Shown here: positions 61,700 to 64,000 of the stretch, in pieces
How the letters are laid out: each line of letters opens with the position of its first letter
Position numbering within the stretch: the first letter of the stretch is position 1
Source of the DNA: an uncultured Bradyrhizobium sp.
GTDB lineage: Bacteria > Pseudomonadota > Alphaproteobacteria > Rhizobiales > Xanthobacteraceae
Length of the DNA: 64,000 nt
Assembly (NCBI GenBank): GCA_964504705.1
Contig: CAZDEZ010000011.1
Location: 870 to 64,869 of the forward strand
Direction: 5' to 3'
Notes under the pieces: generated by a model
Database searches by the model: none
What the model was told of the DNA's origin: nothing
What the model saw: only the letters and a program-made list of their open reading frames with translations
Position numbers and translations under genes: made by a program

Positions 61700-62812
61700 A
61701 TGAGTTCGAAGTCCGCCAAATCTCCCGAGAACCTGCTCGACGAACTGCAGGCCACCCTCGCCCATGGCACCGTCGCGCGTCGGGTCGAGGCGCTGCGCCG
61801 GGTCACCGATCTCTTCCTCAACCATGCGGTGGACTATTCCGACGAGCAGATCGCGCTGTTCGACGACGTGTTGCAGTGCCTGATGATCCACATCGAGACC
61901 TCGGCCAAGGCCCTGCTCGCCAACCGCCTGGCGCCGGTCGACACCGCGCCGCCCATGACGATCCGCGCGCTCGCTTTCGACGACGTCATCGAAGTGGCCG
62001 GACCCGTGCTGACGCAATCGAACCGGCTCGACGACGAGGCCCTGATCGAGGCGGCGCGCAACAAGAGCCAGGCGCATCTGCTCGCGATCTCGAACCGCAA
62101 ACAGCTCTCCGGCGCGGTCACCGACGTGCTGGTGCTGCGCGGCAACGACGAGGTGGTGCAGAACACCGTCAACAATCCCGGCGCCGAATTCACCGAGCGC
62201 GGCTTTACCCGGCTGGTCAATCGCGCCGACAGCGACGACGACCTCGCCACCTGCGTCGGCCTGCGCCCGGGCCTGCCGCGGCATCTCTATCTCAAGCTGC
62301 TGGCAAAGGCCTCCGACGCGGTCCGGGAACGGCTGGAGTCGGCCAATCCGAGGCAGGCCGAGCAGGTTTCCGGCGCGGTCAAGGAAGCCACGCGCCGCGC
62401 GCGCTCGGCGAAATCGGCCGTCACCGAGCAGACGGAGATCGCTCACGCGCTGGTGAGGTCGTTGTTCGCCGACGGGCGGCTCGACGAGTTCCAGGTCGCC
62501 GCCTTTGCGGATGCCGGCAAGTTCGACGAAACCAACGCCTCGATCGCCGCGATGGCCAACGTGCCGGTCTCGGTCGCCGAAGACATGATGATCGAGACCC
62601 GCGCCGAGGGCGTGATGATCCTCGCCAAGGTCGCCGGCCTTTCCTGGTCGACGGTGAAGGCAATCATCAACCTGCGCGACGACATCGCCGCCGGCGCGGA
62701 GCCGACCGATCTCCAGTCCTGCAAGGCGACCTATGAACGGCTGCGGCCCTCGACGGCGCAGCAGGTGCTGCGCTTCCACCGCATGCAGCAGCAGGACGTC
62801 CCGGCGGCGTGA
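61700..62812 (+). CDS. DUF2336 domain protein
   Basis: LAFDDVIEVAGPVLTQS, HLLAISNR, VTDVLV, NPGAEF. Confidence 0.85.
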   Translation: MSSKSAKSPENLLDELQATLAHGTVARRVEALRRVTDLFLNHAVDYSDEQIALFDDVLQCLMIHIETSAKALLANRLAPVDTAPPMTIRALAFDDVIEVAGPVLTQSNRLDDEALIEAARNKSQAHLLAISNRKQLSGAVTDVLVLRGNDEVVQNTVNNPGAEFTERGFTRLVNRADSDDDLATCVGLRPGLPRHLYLKLLAKASDAVRERLESANPRQAEQVSGAVKEATRRARSAKSAVTEQTEIAHALVRSLFADGRLDEFQVAAFADAGKFDETNASIAAMANVPVSVAEDMMIETRAEGVMILAKVAGLSWSTVKAIINLRDDIAAGAEPTDLQSCKATYERLRPSTAQQVLRFHRMQQQDVPAA

Positions 62813-63277
62813 GGCCTGGGTTTGTCCTGACAAATCCGCGGATCAGAGCGCCTTTCCGCAGATCAGCGCGCTTTGAAGTCCTGTGACCTCACCGTCGTGA
62901 TCGATGACCGCCATGTGCAGATTACGACCAAATGATGCGGCTGCTGCGGACTGCCACTTGGCGCGCGCTCCCTTGTTTCGCAGGCGGAGCCTTGGTCGGT
63001 GATGGCCGCACTGTTTCAGATGTTATCGCGGATCGATATAGATCGTTACGCCCGGTGTCACCTAGCAAGGCTCAAGCCTCGCCGTGTGCGGTTTATAGGA
63101 AATATAATTCTCGGTCGTGGCGCTATGCGACCGCCAGGCACCATTCTTGTGTCCAAAAAGGCACGCAAGGCTAATTGTCGACAAGAAGTGACCTAGTTGC
63201 CTGCCAATTCGTTATCCATTGAGGGGTGGAAGGATTACATTTCAAATAGAAATCGATCTCGCTTGCAAGGGCATCAT

Positions 63278-64000
63278 ATGAAACGCCTTCTTCTAACGAC
63301 TATCACTGCCGTTGCTTTGTCTGGCGCGCCAGCTTTCGCCGCCGACCTGACGACGAAAGCCCCGCTGCTCAAGGCGGAGACATCGTTTAGTTGGAGCGGC
63401 TGGTATTGGGGCCTCAATGCTGGCGGGAATTGGGGAAGTTCGGGAAACACGACGACGTTCGAACAGAGCGCCGTGGCGCCGACCTACGCCCCCTTGGCTA
63501 TTACCGCCCTAAACGCCGTTGGCGCTCCCGCGAGTTTCGACACGAATGGTTTCACCGGCGGCGTGCACGGCGGCTATAATTGGCAGTCGGGTAACTTTCT
63601 CGCCGGCTTCGAAGTGGATCTCGAATACTTCCGCAGTTCCGGCTCGCGAACCGCAACCGGCGCGTTCGTTGCGCCCCTCGTCCCCGCCCCTCTTGCCATC
63701 ACCACTTCAGTCAACACCGATTGGCTGTTCACTGCACGGCCGCGCGTCGGCCTGGTGTTCAACAACTGGCTGATCTACGGCACCGGCGGTTTGGCGGTTA
63801 CCCGGGTGAATGCCTCTTGGAACTACGTTGGCGGTGTGGGTCCGGAAACCGAGAACGCTTCGACTTCAGCCACTAAAGCCGGGTGGATCGTCGGCGGCGG
63901 GATCGAGACTGTACTGTCGAGAAATTGGCTGGTGGGAGCCGAGTATCTCCACGCTGATTTTGGTAACGTTTCTTCGAACGGGACAATCATTACCGCCGGC
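63278..64000 (+). CDS. Outer membrane beta-barrel protein (Omp25/31/RopB family), truncated at window end
   Basis: MKRLLL...AFAADL signal, WSGWYWG, GYNWQ, LIYGTGGLA, GWIVGGGIE, AEYLH. Confidence 0.88.
   Translation, partial: MKRLLLTTITAVALSGAPAFAADLTTKAPLLKAETSFSWSGWYWGLNAGGNWGSSGNTTTFEQSAVAPTYAPLAITALNAVGAPASFDTNGFTGGVHGGYNWQSGNFLAGFEVDLEYFRSSGSRTATGAFVAPLVPAPLAITTSVNTDWLFTARPRVGLVFNNWLIYGTGGLAVTRVNASWNYVGGVGPETENASTSATKAGWIVGGGIETVLSRNWLVGAEYLHADFGNVSSNGTIITAG

Noticed and set aside
62813-63277. Short ORFs in the AT-richer region before the porin
   Set aside because: No coding bias or RBS; more likely the porin regulatory region
1-64000. tRNA, rRNA, integrase, transposase or prophage
   Set aside because: No such motifs or genes recognised anywhere in the window

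Overview
High-GC alphaproteobacterial chromosomal segment. Gene content, REP/RIME repeats and synteny point to Bradyrhizobium/Nitrobacteraceae (inference). The core backbone is lysR, glnE, an OmpR-type pair, degP, an MCP, cycHJKL (ccmIEFH), a feuPQ-like pair, ku, PBP1A, a TIGR03808/03809-like pair, an ECF sigma/anti-sigma/subtilase operon, a GGDEF protein and DUF2336. Accessory-looking modules: (i) AMP-phosphorylase-like + PRPP-synthetase-like + beta-CASP nuclease operon behind an FNR/FixK-type box with an apparently leaderless start; (ii) a 2266-aa histidine kinase with 11 tandem GAF domains, a receiver and a receiver-adenylate cyclase; (iii) N-terminally truncated kdpD-kdpE divergent from kup, with no kdpFABC in the window; (iv) fadH-badH-badI-badR, suggesting an alicyclic diene-acid route; (v) a TPR-caspase and an ArsR-SRPBCC-DUF1801 operon. 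There are two multi-hairpin candidate sRNAs with C-rich loops. No tRNA, rRNA, CRISPR array, transposase or integrase was seen. All family calls come from motif recognition by eye, not from database searches.
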